Part shown: positions 1 through 9,141 of the stretch, one piece after another
Position numbering within the stretch: position 1 is the first letter of the stretch
Layout: every line of letters starts with the position of its first letter
IMG/VR virus record: IMGVR_UViG_3300044611_001018
DNA length: 64,000 nucleotides
Direction: 5' to 3' (one strand)
From: a virus
Lineage: Duplodnaviria; Caudoviricetes
Made by a program: the position numbers and the translations under genes
Notes under the pieces: model-generated
The model's database searches: none
What the model was told of the DNA's origin: nothing
What the model saw: only the letters and a program-made list of their open reading frames with translations

Positions 1-348
1 AGAAGTTACAAGTCCTCCTGGATAATAACCCCACTCAAACTCATCAAGTTCTTGAATGATGTTTTCTACCTCTTGAATGTTCTCTGGATTAGTGTAGATG
101 CGTCCGTATCCTTTGTAAGTGAAGGCAGTCATTTCAGTTCTCCTCTTGATGATGGAATACTTTAGCAAACTCTTCTGCTGCCTCAAATGCAAGTTCAGCA
201 CCGAACTTAAAGATTTCCCTTCGTTCTTGTTCCGTAGCACTTTGCATATTAGAACAAGTTTTCAACCACTCAACATAGAGTGTTTGTCCTAAATCAACAA
301 ATCGTTCTTGAGAGAAGTCAGTCATCAGGTGTTTGTTTCTATGAGAGT

Positions 349-404
349 ATTATAAGGCAAAAGAGCACCCTGTGGGATGCTCCTGGGCCAGTTCGTCAAG
401 TGTC
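349..404 (-). promoter_or_regulatory. Early-type promoter: GACACTT-N4-AACTGG box 39 nt upstream of TATAAT
   Basis: Minus strand reads GACACTTGACGAACTGGCCCAGGAGCATCCCACAGGGTGCTCTTTTGCCTTATAAT. Same architecture at five other sites. Confidence 0.75.
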
Positions 405-959
405 TACCCAACGGAAACCCAAAAGTTTATTCATAAAGAACCGAACAATCGCAGTCGGTTTCTTATCCATATAATACTTCAAATACCCATTTCCAAAGGT
501 ATAATACCCAACTTCTTTACCACCTGATTTAATCACAAAACTGGAAGTAATATTACCACCAGTCGCAGTAAGTTTAGAGTAATCTAATGTAAGTTTGAGT
601 GGAAATCTTCCATTCTCACGAGCATACTCAATATCCTCAATAATCTTGGTAATCTTTTTACTAAACTGATACTCTTGATAATATTTGAGTTGTGCGAACT
701 TGTATTCTACATCCTCAATCTGTTTATCAATCTTCTCATCAAACTCTTGTGAGATTTCTTCTAATGACTTGCGTGGTAATTCAAATTTGATTTCTTGTGG
801 CTCATTCGGGATCGTGAAGTATTCTTTGAGAAGTTCATATTGTTCGTTGTCTTCTTCGGCAGAAGCATACAAGTTCATACACTCAAAGACATTTTTTATA
901 TCTTTGATGGTTTTGATTTTACTTATATCAAGTTTGTGATTTAATCGTTTTTCAGTCAT
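396..959 (-). CDS. Hypothetical protein, 187 aa
   Basis: Long ORF coupled to its upstream neighbour by ATGA; no motif recognised. Confidence 0.7.
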   Translation of the reverse strand: MTEKRLNHKLDISKIKTIKDIKNVFECMNLYASAEEDNEQYELLKEYFTIPNEPQEIKFELPRKSLEEISQEFDEKIDKQIEDVEYKFAQLKYYQEYQFSKKITKIIEDIEYARENGRFPLKLTLDYSKLTATGGNITSSFVIKSGGKEVGYYTFGNGYLKYYMDKKPTAIVRFFMNKLLGFRWVDT

Positions 960-1558
960 TCTTCATCTTCCACATTTCCCCAACGATTTAATGCCTCACG
1001 AATAGTGTTTCTAACTTCGGGATAAAGACTGTAATACCCTCCAATCTCATCCCAGAGTTCATCAATTTGTTCGTCAGTTGGTTCAGTCATTTTTCTTATA
1101 AAACTCTATTTTAAGTTGAGTAATGAGTAAATCAACTTTATCTTCAATACGAGTAAGTCGTTCCTCAATTGTGTCTATACGATACTCATCAATTGCTTCT
1201 TTTTTAACTGAATACGGGTCAATCGTAGCCATAGTTCCTTGTAGTGAATTGAGTAGTTGTTCGTCAGTCATTTTTTGTTTCCCTTTGAATAATCTCTTTG
1301 ACTACATTATACTTGATTTTATCAATTTCTTCATTCACCCACTTCTTCACACCCTCATTCATACTTTTGAGTGTGGTTTCCCATTCTTCGTCAGTCATCG
1401 TTCAGCAACCACGATAAAGTCATTCATAGAAATACTCCTCTTACTTTTAGCAAGAATACCTTGATTTGGAAAATAAGGAACTGCCACAAGATTATAGAAT
1501 GGTCTTAACTGCTCATAGAGAGTATAAAGGTGTCCGTCTTTCTTGTATCGGTAGAGTT

Positions 1559-2374
1559 TCATAGTGCCTCCAATTCATCAGCAAGTTCATAAAGCAATCG
1601 AGCATCAACTACCATATCTTCTATATCCTGGTCTCTACAACACTGATAGTATTGATGTTCATTCACAATAGCACGAATAACAGCAACAACTCCATCTTTT
1701 GGAAAGTTGTAAGTATCCTCTGCTTCGTATGCTTTCATAATCTTTTGTGCTCGTTCAGTCATAGTGCCTCCACATTATAGGAAAGACGATTTAGATAATC
1801 TACATCAGGGTCAAAATAAAGTTGGTCAGCAATCTCACGGATAGCAGTAGCAAGTGCTTCTTTCATATCATCTGTGGGTTCAACAATCAATTCACCTTTG
1901 AATGCTTCCCAAACTTTGTATGCTGCGTCAGTCATCATAGTTTCTCCAGTTCCTCACACAATTCTAACACATCAGCACACATAATCACACCAGGACTTTG
2001 TTGGAGTTGGTTGATTGTCTCACGAAGAACAGAAGCAATAATTTTTCTACTATCCTTATCCAAATAAGTAGAAAAGTTCTCCACAGGAGTCATTAGTGCT
2101 TCTGAATATCCGTTGATGTAAGTATCCCAGATTTTTTGTGCTCTTTCAGTCATAGCAACTCCAATTCATCACAAATACCATCAATCTCTTTGAGACATTC
2201 ATCCCATCCAGCATTAAACATCACATCCAGTTCATCAGTAAAATCAACCTTATTAGTTCCTGATAGTTGCTTACGAAGATGTTGTAGAACTTCTTGAAGC
2301 ATCCAAGCAGTATTGTGTGCTTCACTTTTACAAATAACTTTTAGGAGTTCTTCTGCTCGTTGTTGGTTAGTCAT
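1559..2374 (-). CDS. Four tandem related small ORFs (2150..2374, 1935..2153, 1759..1938, 1559..1762)
   Basis: N-termini MTERAQKI (x2), MMTDAAYKVW, MTNQQRAE; C-termini ELEAL, ELEKL, ELELL, VEAL. 1759..1938 (59 aa) translated manually. Confidence 0.7.
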
Positions 2375-4696
2375 TTTAGTTTCTCTTTGAGTTCCTCAAT
2401 TTTCTTGGACATCATACCAATGGTTTCATAACACCATTCTCTGTCTTTTTCCAAATCCTCAATCACCAAACGAGCAACTAAGGGCCATTCGTCCTTTGAG
2501 TTCTGCCACCAATCCTTATAATCTTTCGGCATAACTTTCGAGAGTTCCTCATCGTATGCTTGTAGTCGTTCAAGGTCAGTCATTCTTCCCACCCATCAAA
2601 GTATTCTGTGAAAAAGTTGAAACTCAATCCAACATCACCAAACTGAAAATCTGCTCCAAAAAGAGAAGAAGAAGTAAAAAATGAGAGCATGATGTGAAAT
2701 CCACCATTACTATGGACTAAACTACTGGGATTTTCATAATTCACCCAAAGTAATGAACGATTGTTGATGACACCGAACTGCCAAGTGCGGTCAGTTTCAT
2801 CATTATCCCAAACTTTTTTATCGTGTTGAAAGAGTTTCACTGTGGGTCTCCAATAAGTCCAGTAGGTCCAAAAGTATCAAATGTAGTATCTTCCATCCAT
2901 TCCCTCAAATCAACGATTTCATACCAATCATTACTATACTTATCTTTAGATAGTTCTTCCCATTTTTCTTTTGCTTCTTCTTCGGTAGAATAACAAGCAA
3001 CCCAATCACCAGTATAAGCAGAAGGGTAATAGTTGTCCCCAACAATCAAAAGATAAGGTTTAGTCATCGGTCAAAGTATCCAGAAGGTTTGTAATCACTA
3101 ATGTATTGAGTTTTTAGTTGAACATCAAAGGGGTCAATATCGGGGTATTTTTCTTTGAGGTAGGTTTTGCATTCATCACGGGTAGAAAATGCACAAAGAA
3201 TATTTCCGTGATAGAGTGCGACTTCAATTGCTTCAATCATTCTTCATCCTCCTCCTCTTCATCACCCTCCCAGTCAATCTCAACAGTTTCAAACTGTTCT
3301 ACATTAGTATAAGGCATAGGATTTGCAGGTCCTCCCATCTCATAATGGATTTTATCAAACAATTCATTAAGCACTAAACTCTCAAATCCTTCTTGGTCTG
3401 GATAATCCTCCCAGTCTTCAAACATTTCAGTTGTGGGAGCAACTGTGAGAGTTCTGGTGTATGTAACTGTGATTGCTTTGAGTTGGATTTTAGTCATTCT
3501 TCATCCTCACAAGGGAACATTTCGTCGTATGCTTCAGCAGTCAGCACAAGATACTCTACATTTTTAGCATCTTTGTGGTCTTCGTAATACACCATACGAT
3601 AATGGTTGAAGTCGTTGAGGTCTGTGCTGCCGTATTCTACGACACCATCAACAAGGCAGAGGTAGTTCATTTCAGTTTTTGCAGTTGGTAAATGAGATGG
3701 TTGATGTCGTCAGCATCTACATAAGTTCCAGAATAACCACAGTCCTCCTCATCACAACTTTCGTGCTCATAAGCAAGGTTATCCAGCAGATACTGAAGAG
3801 TAGCAATACATACACGAGCACGATCACCTGTTTTGGGTCGTAGAGTGTATTCTTCTGTGACCTTGATTAGCGTCTCTGCGTGTGTTTTTTGTGGTAATGA
3901 TTTAGTCATGGTTTCACAGTTTGAATGAGAATTCGTTCTTTGGTAGTGTCCCGTGCTTTTGCAAGTTGTTCAATCGCCTCTTGATTTCGTTTGGGCAACT
4001 GATCCCATTCTACTTGCTTTTCAATATAAGGTGATGGGAGAAATTTATCAATCTTATGACATACTTTATCCAGAGAGTTGGAAATAAACTCTGCCGTTGC
4101 TTGTGCAATCGCAAACGGACCAAGCACAATCAACCGAATTGCAACAAAATGTGGAATGTATTTGAGGTAGGGATAGGTTTTAGTCATTGGAATGAAGAAT
4201 AGAGAGCATTTGTTGATGGTAGGCATCTGCTTCAACCTCACATTGATGAGATTCAGTTGGATCATCAATATGGTATTGTTTCATATCCAGAGTGTGCATC
4301 ACCTCACCAAGAAGATCAACGAGTGCATCAATCTTTTGTGCGTCAGTCATTTACCTGTAAGATAGTTGAGGTCACTTACGATGCGTTGTGCTTCTTCTGG
4401 TGAGTTACATTCCTCTACAATGTAACTAAATCCATTTGAGAATGTTCGGCGGATTTTGTTACCTTCAGCAAAATAAGTTCCATAGCGAGCAGGGAACTGA
4501 TTTAGGATTGCTCTGATCATCGAATATACAAATACTTTTTGTTTTTAATCATGTGGTCTAAGACCATGGCAATCTTCTGTTCATATGTGGGATTATTGTG
4601 CTTCATACACTCCACATAAGCATCATGTAGACGAGCATAAAGATCATCCCAGTGTTGTTTGTTGATAGGGGTCATCGGTTTGTTGTGTATGAAGTC

Positions 4697-4754
4697 ATTA
4701 TACGGCAAAAAGGGCACCTATGGAGATGCCCTTGTACCAGTTCTTCAAGTGTCC
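4697..4754 (-). promoter_or_regulatory. Early-type promoter, second copy
   Basis: GGACACTTGAAGAACTGGTACAAGGGCATCTCCATAGGTGCCCTTTTTGCCGTATAAT; AACTG lies 40 nt before TATAAT. Confidence 0.75.
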
Positions 4755-5445
4755 TTGTATTTCTCCTCTACTTCCTGAACCCGTTCCATAAAAGTATCAT
4801 CACCGTGATCACCACTATAAAGATAATCAATATGCCTCATAATCTCTGACATCTTACGCATCTTTGGCAGTTGTTCTTTCAGATACTCAATCACTTCTGG
4901 TTCGTGGTTAGGATACCACTCATAACCATAAGTTCGGTCCTCATTTCTCTCCTTACCGTTGTTGAGAATTTCTTCTTCCAACTCATCAGCAAATTGTCCC
5001 ACCTTGTAGTAATCGTAACCACAATCTCCAAAGTGCCCGCCGCTCATTTCTTACCCTCCAGAATGTCAAGTTTTTCGTGAATAAAATCAGTGATATCAAT
5101 GGTATTCGCATCCACACCTTCTTCTTGGCAGTCAAGAATAAACTCCATGAATGCACTAAGAATCAAGCAGGTGCGACGATGATCGTGCTCTGTGATGGTA
5201 GTATGCGGATCGGCAACATACTTGACGATGTAACCATAGAGTTCGTCGTAAGTCATTGTTGTGCTTCAATAATAGATTTGATAGTTTTGAGATCTTCTAA
5301 TCGTGCTTTGTGTTCATCATACTGCTCACAGAAGTCATCCATTCGTTCTTGATGTCCTTCATCATCATAGTTGGTTTCTTCACGGATTTCCCATTCAATA
5401 TCAGAAAGATATGCTTGAGTATCATCAATGAAGTATTCAAGAGTG

Positions 5446-5715
5446 TCAAGGAGTGGCATTTTCGGGAACGGGAGGAGGTGGTGTTGGAGCGGGAAGTGAT
5501 GTTGGTTGAACGATAGGTGCTGGAAGATTAATTGGTGGTGGAGCAACTTGTGGTTCTTGTACTTCTTTAAGTTTCTTCTCCAGTTCCATAACCTTTTGAT
5601 CTAATGGACTCAAAGGAACTTCTTTTTGAGAATCTGCTAGTTTCCAACCAGTAGCACCAGCAGCAAAAATACTTGCAAGTGCAGCAAAAACAGAAACAGT
5701 CTTAGAAAAACTCAT
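5446..5715 (-). CDS. Small membrane-anchored protein with Pro-rich C-terminus
   Basis: Hydrophobic N-terminus (VSVFAALASIFAAGA), short coiled coil, PAPTPPPP tail. Confidence 0.65.
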   Translation of the reverse strand: MSFSKTVSVFAALASIFAAGATGWKLADSQKEVPLSPLDQKVMELEKKLKEVQEPQVAPPPINLPAPIVQPTSLPAPTPPPPVPENATP

Positions 5716-5927
5716 TCAACAACCTCCCAATGTGCGTCAGATTTGTCACCGAAACGATTAACACCAATACGAGTGCTAACCCAGAAAAAGTATTTACGAT
5801 TTTCGGAAGCAAGAAACAATTCACCGCCAGTATCCTGCTCTACAATACAAACAGGATTGTTGTCCATAGTATTAGCAAGACGATTCTTCGCTTTGCTGCT
5901 TTTGGGTTTGACTGTTACTCGACGCAT
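5712..5927 (-). CDS. Hypothetical protein, paralog of 8570..8764
   Basis: MRRVTVKPKSSKAKNRLANTMDNNPVCIVEQD vs MRRVTVRPKSKKAKNRLANMMDNNPICIVEQD. Confidence 0.8.
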   Translation of the reverse strand: MRRVTVKPKSSKAKNRLANTMDNNPVCIVEQDTGGELFLASENRKYFFWVSTRIGVNRFGDKSDAHWEVVE

Positions 5928-6319
5928 TGATCTTTCTCATCAGTCAGGACAGTTCCCATAGGGCCTTTTTTAAGTCGTGCCCACTCTGCTTCTGCTTCTC
6001 GCATATCATCAAACTTCTTCTTCAAGTCCTCACCCAAAGTCAGTTCAAACTCATCGGCAACCTTACGCATATCTTCTTGACTTCTCTCTTCACCAAATGC
6101 AAGACCACAACCACCTTTCATAATGTTGATTTCACTGTGACCCATTGCACGGGCAACAGTTGCGAAGAAGCGAAACAGTTGATAAATGTTAAGGTCTTCG
6201 GCAGGAACCTGAAAAGTATAATGCTCTTCGGGGAGCACTGTATCATCAAAACCACTACTGTAATTGGTGGAAGTCCATTCAGAATCAAACTGAACTTTCA
6301 GGGTTGCTTTGTAGGTCAT
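5915..6319 (-). CDS. Hypothetical protein (start revised to MTYKATLKV)
   Basis: The ORF-track extension overlaps the upstream gene and promoter; ATG at 6319. Confidence 0.65.
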   Translation of the reverse strand: MTYKATLKVQFDSEWTSTNYSSGFDDTVLPEEHYTFQVPAEDLNIYQLFRFFATVARAMGHSEINIMKGGCGLAFGEERSQEDMRKVADEFELTLGEDLKKKFDDMREAEAEWARLKKGPMGTVLTDEKDQCVE

Positions 6320-6470
6320 AATTGAGTTCAACAAGAGGTTTTTTGTCTGTGATGTAATCATACAGCATCTGGGCGAACCCGTACTGGGGTCTTGTGCCAG
6401 TTTCAATACTGGTTGATGTGGCAACAGTCCACATTATATCCAGTTCTTTCTTATCAGGTAGTGGTTTCAT
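6285..6470 (-). CDS. Small hypothetical protein, paralog of 8941..9141
   Basis: LPDKKELDIMWTVATSTSIETGTRPQYGFAQMLYDY; start revised to ATG at 6470. Confidence 0.7.
   Translation of the reverse strand: MKPLPDKKELDIMWTVATSTSIETGTRPQYGFAQMLYDYITDKKPLVELNYDLQSNPESSV
6344..6445. repeat. 102-bp direct repeat, copy 1 (copy 2 at 9015..9116); 6 mismatches, 61-bp perfect core (6385..6445 = 9056..9116)
   Basis: Direct base-by-base comparison. Confidence 0.95.
6357..6413 (-). promoter_or_regulatory. Early-type promoter embedded in coding sequence
   Basis: CCAGTATTGAAACTGGCACAAG box; AACTG lies 40 nt before TGCTG-TATGAT. Confidence 0.6.
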
Positions 6471-6632
6471 CAAAGTCAAAGTATTCATAGATTGAAGACA
6501 TAACCTGCTCCTCAATATGTTCACAGATTGATTCTTCAGTTGGATTTTCTACATGTTTGTGTGCGTGACGATAACCGTAACGAACACCTTCATCAATTGC
6601 CTGTTCCAAGATAACACGGAACTTAGGTTTCA

Positions 6633-7043
6633 TCATTTGTTCATTTGAAGAGTAGGAACAGGCATACCACCTTCAGTTGGCACATAAACAGTTACGTTAC
6701 CTTTGTTAGAACCTTCTTCCAATCCAGTGATATACAGATACTGAAGATACTCACGGTTGTCTTTCAGCGAATCACCGATGATTTGGTTTGCTTTAGCAAC
6801 ACCACCAGCACGAATAACCTCTGCCTCAGCAAGTTGTTGGGCACTATCTTTCTTTGCTTGTGCCTCAAGAACTGCTACCTGACGAGTGTATTCTGCCTTC
6901 TGGAGTTCTGCTTTACCAGCTAGCGATTGTTGCCACACGTTGTATTGAGGACCCCCGATGAATACGATGGCAGCAAACACACCCACACCAAGCACAATCC
7001 AAGCAACAGCGGGGTCAATAGAACCAGAATTACGATTAGTCAT
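6633..7043 (-). CDS. Membrane-anchored coiled-coil protein (possibly SPFH/band-7-like)
   Basis: N-terminal TM helix, Ala/Glu-rich helix AEAEVIRAGGVAKANQII, C-terminal VYVPTEGG. Confidence 0.55.
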   Translation of the reverse strand: MTNRNSGSIDPAVAWIVLGVGVFAAIVFIGGPQYNVWQQSLAGKAELQKAEYTRQVAVLEAQAKKDSAQQLAEAEVIRAGGVAKANQIIGDSLKDNREYLQYLYITGLEEGSNKGNVTVYVPTEGGMPVPTLQMNK

Positions 7044-7290
7044 TTTGTAGAAACGTTAGATTTAAAAATAAGATTAGCAAGGAAGATGATAGCAAAGTTC
7101 TGCCAGAAGGACAAGGATACACCAAACCAAGACAGAATCAATCCAAGCAACCATGCTTCAAAGAATAGTCCCGCAACAGCAAGGACAATTACACCAAAAG
7201 CAACACCAAGAGCAGTAGAAGTTTTCATTAACAATTTTCCTCGATAGTAGAGAGCATAAATTCAGTCAAACATGTGTTTGGACCGAAGTT

Positions 7291-7347
7291 ATTATAAACC
7301 ATAAATTTAATTGATGTGGCACCAGTGGACAGTTTATCAACTGTTCC
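7291..7347 (-). promoter_or_regulatory. Early-type promoter with near-palindromic box
   Basis: GGAACAGTTGATAAACTGTCCAC; AACTG lies 38 nt before TATAAT. Confidence 0.75.
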
Positions 7348-8173
7348 AGACAGCAAGCAATTCCTTAACTTTTTCTCTTGAGTTTTTGTTTGCAGCAATT
7401 GTTCTAGAAACATCAATAGTCGTTAGAGATGCTGAGGAATATAATTCCCGTGCTGCTGGAGTGTCATGATTGCTAACAATAACACGAGCACCACGATTAG
7501 CAAGATTTAGAACTAAATCACGCAAACGAACTTGATCAGCATAATTAAAACCACATGATGCATAATCAGTGAAGTATGCAGTATCATTAATAGGCAGATA
7601 TGGTGGATCAAAATAGACCACTGTGTTGGAATCTATATTTTGATACAATTCATCTGCAGCAAAGTCATATGCAGTCATACGAACAGATTGATTTTGCTTG
7701 AATACTTCTTTGAAGTTTTCCATTTCTTTACGGGGGAAGTATGGAGAACTATACTTACCAAAAGGAACATTGAACTGTCCCTTTTTGTTATAACGAGTCA
7801 ACCCATTAAAACAATGACGATTCAAATAGATGAATAAAATCGCTTTATGACGAGAATCTGAGGTTGTATTGAAAATATCACGATACTGATAAAAAACTTC
7901 TTGGTTATTGCTATCAGCACACACTTTCTCACAATCATCAACAAACTCTTCGTCATTCATTACATAACGATAAAGAGAAATCAAATCACTATTAAAATCA
8001 TTCAACACCATACAATCAGATGCTACGTTAAGTGCAACTGCCATTGAACCAGAGAATGGTTCAATGTATTGTTTGGGAGAACCAATCAACGGCAAGATAT
8101 GAGGCAGAACACGATACTTGCTACCTGCCCATTTTAAAAATGGTTTATTAGTCACAGAGAAATTCCTCAACAA
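7337..8173 (-). CDS. dam: DNA adenine methyltransferase, Dam/D12 family
   Basis: KWAGSK, YIEPFSGS (motif I), YLNRHCFNGLTRYNKKGQFNVPFGKY (Dam-like recognition hairpin), FDPPY (motif IV). Confidence 0.93.
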   Translation of the reverse strand: MLRNFSVTNKPFLKWAGSKYRVLPHILPLIGSPKQYIEPFSGSMAVALNVASDCMVLNDFNSDLISLYRYVMNDEEFVDDCEKVCADSNNQEVFYQYRDIFNTTSDSRHKAILFIYLNRHCFNGLTRYNKKGQFNVPFGKYSSPYFPRKEMENFKEVFKQNQSVRMTAYDFAADELYQNIDSNTVVYFDPPYLPINDTAYFTDYASCGFNYADQVRLRDLVLNLANRGARVIVSNHDTPAARELYSSASLTTIDVSRTIAANKNSREKVKELLAVWNS

Positions 8174-8585
8174 ATTGTTCGTGTGAAATAATGCGTACAG
8201 TTGGGTAAATCTTCTTCATATCACTTTGAAACTGTTCACCCAAATAATAATCCTTCCACTTCCAAGCTTTATCGGGACCAGCAAGAACAAGAATAGCAGA
8301 GTCATATCCATAATCAACACAAGTGTGATGCAATTTCATAATTTCAAAAGGAACCTTTTCTTCAGCAGTTCCTTGAACACGTTGATACTTGAGACTCAAC
8401 AATATATCTCCATTAAGGAGTATATCTACATAATGCTTGCCACCATTACGCTTCAGACCAACATTAACTTGTGATTGAAATTCATGACTAGTGTATTGCT
8501 CCAATAAACTTTCAATTTCTTTTTCATATGTTGTGCCAGTGGTAGTATCCCGCGATGCAGTAGTAGACATTAAATAACCTCCCAA
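8148..8585 (-). CDS. PD-(D/E)xK-fold nuclease-like protein
   Basis: GTTYEKEI...YVDILL...SLKYQRVQGTAEEKVPFE; overlaps the dam start. Confidence 0.65.
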   Translation of the reverse strand: MGGYLMSTTASRDTTTGTTYEKEIESLLEQYTSHEFQSQVNVGLKRNGGKHYVDILLNGDILLSLKYQRVQGTAEEKVPFEIMKLHHTCVDYGYDSAILVLAGPDKAWKWKDYYLGEQFQSDMKKIYPTVRIISHEQFVEEFLCD

Positions 8586-8764
8586 TCACATTCCCAAAAA
8601 TCGTTAATATTCACCCAGAAAAAGTATTTCTGGTTCTCTGATGCAAGAAACATCATACCATCACCTTTGTCCTGCTCTACAATGCAGATAGGATTGTTGT
8701 CCATCATATTCGCAAGGCGGTTTTTAGCCTTCTTGCTTTTGGGTCTGACTGTTACTCTTCTCAT
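8570..8764 (-). CDS. Hypothetical protein, paralog of 5712..5927
   Basis: Near-identical N-terminal 35 aa. Confidence 0.8.
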   Translation of the reverse strand: MRRVTVRPKSKKAKNRLANMMDNNPICIVEQDKGDGMMFLASENQKYFFWVNINDFWECDWEVI

Positions 8765-8981
8765 TTTGAATCTCCAGTTTCAGTTTGCGAATACCAGTAA
8801 CAAAGTAAGCAAAGTCACGGGTTTCAGTGATAGGTTTGGTTTCACCACATACACCACATTTTGCTTCATAAACAGAGGAGCATCCTACAGAATATACTCC
8901 ATACTTCTTCCCACAATCAAAACAAGTATTGTAAGCAGTCTCAAGTTTCTTGAGTAGTGCCTTCTTCTCTTTGAGGTCCAT
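8724..8981 (-). CDS. Small Zn-ribbon protein (start revised to MDLKEKK)
   Basis: CFDCG...CGVCG (two CxxC). Confidence 0.6.
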   Translation of the reverse strand: MDLKEKKALLKKLETAYNTCFDCGKKYGVYSVGCSSVYEAKCGVCGETKPITETRDFAYFVTGIRKLKLEIQNEKSNSQTQKQEG

Positions 8982-9141
8982 CGTAAAGTTCAACTCCGTA
9001 TTTGTTTTTGAGGTTGTCTGTGAGGTAATCATACAGCAGGTCGGCAAACCCGTAATGGGGTCTTGTGCCAGTTTCAATACTGGTTGATGTGGCAACAGTC
9101 CACATTATATCCAGTTGTAGTTTATCTGGTAAATTCTTCAT
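8941..9141 (-). CDS. Small hypothetical protein, paralog of 6285..6470
   Basis: LPDKLQLDIMWTVATSTSIETGTRPHYGFADLLYDY. Confidence 0.7.
   Translation of the reverse strand: MKNLPDKLQLDIMWTVATSTSIETGTRPHYGFADLLYDYLTDNLKNKYGVELYDGPQREEGTTQET
9015..9116. repeat. 102-bp direct repeat, copy 2
   Basis: Matches 6344..6445. Confidence 0.95.
9028..9084 (-). promoter_or_regulatory. Early-type promoter embedded in coding sequence (second embedded copy)
   Basis: AACTGGCACAAG lies 40 nt before TGCTG-TATGAT. Confidence 0.6.

Larger units (their letters stand above)
134..5256 (-). other. Early-region array of ~25 short (40-190 aa) hypothetical ORFs, mostly coupled by ATGA stop/start overlaps
   Basis: ORF track plus manual translation of gaps (e.g. 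956..1090 MTEPTDEQID, 1264..1398 MTDEEWETTL). Co-oriented, almost no intergenic space, most start Met-Thr. No function recognisable. Confidence 0.8.

Noticed and set aside
5915-9095. Shared N-terminus MPHQPVLKLAQDP...CCMITSQT in ORF-track entries 5915..6424 and 8724..9095
   Set aside because: This is an alternate-frame reading of the duplicated DNA, upstream of the predicted TSS; better starts are at 6319 and 8981.
6344-9116. Repeat pair as the template/variable repeats of a diversity-generating retroelement
   Set aside because: Mismatches (G/T, C/T, C/G, G/C, A/C, A/C) are not adenine-specific, and no reverse transcriptase is in the window.
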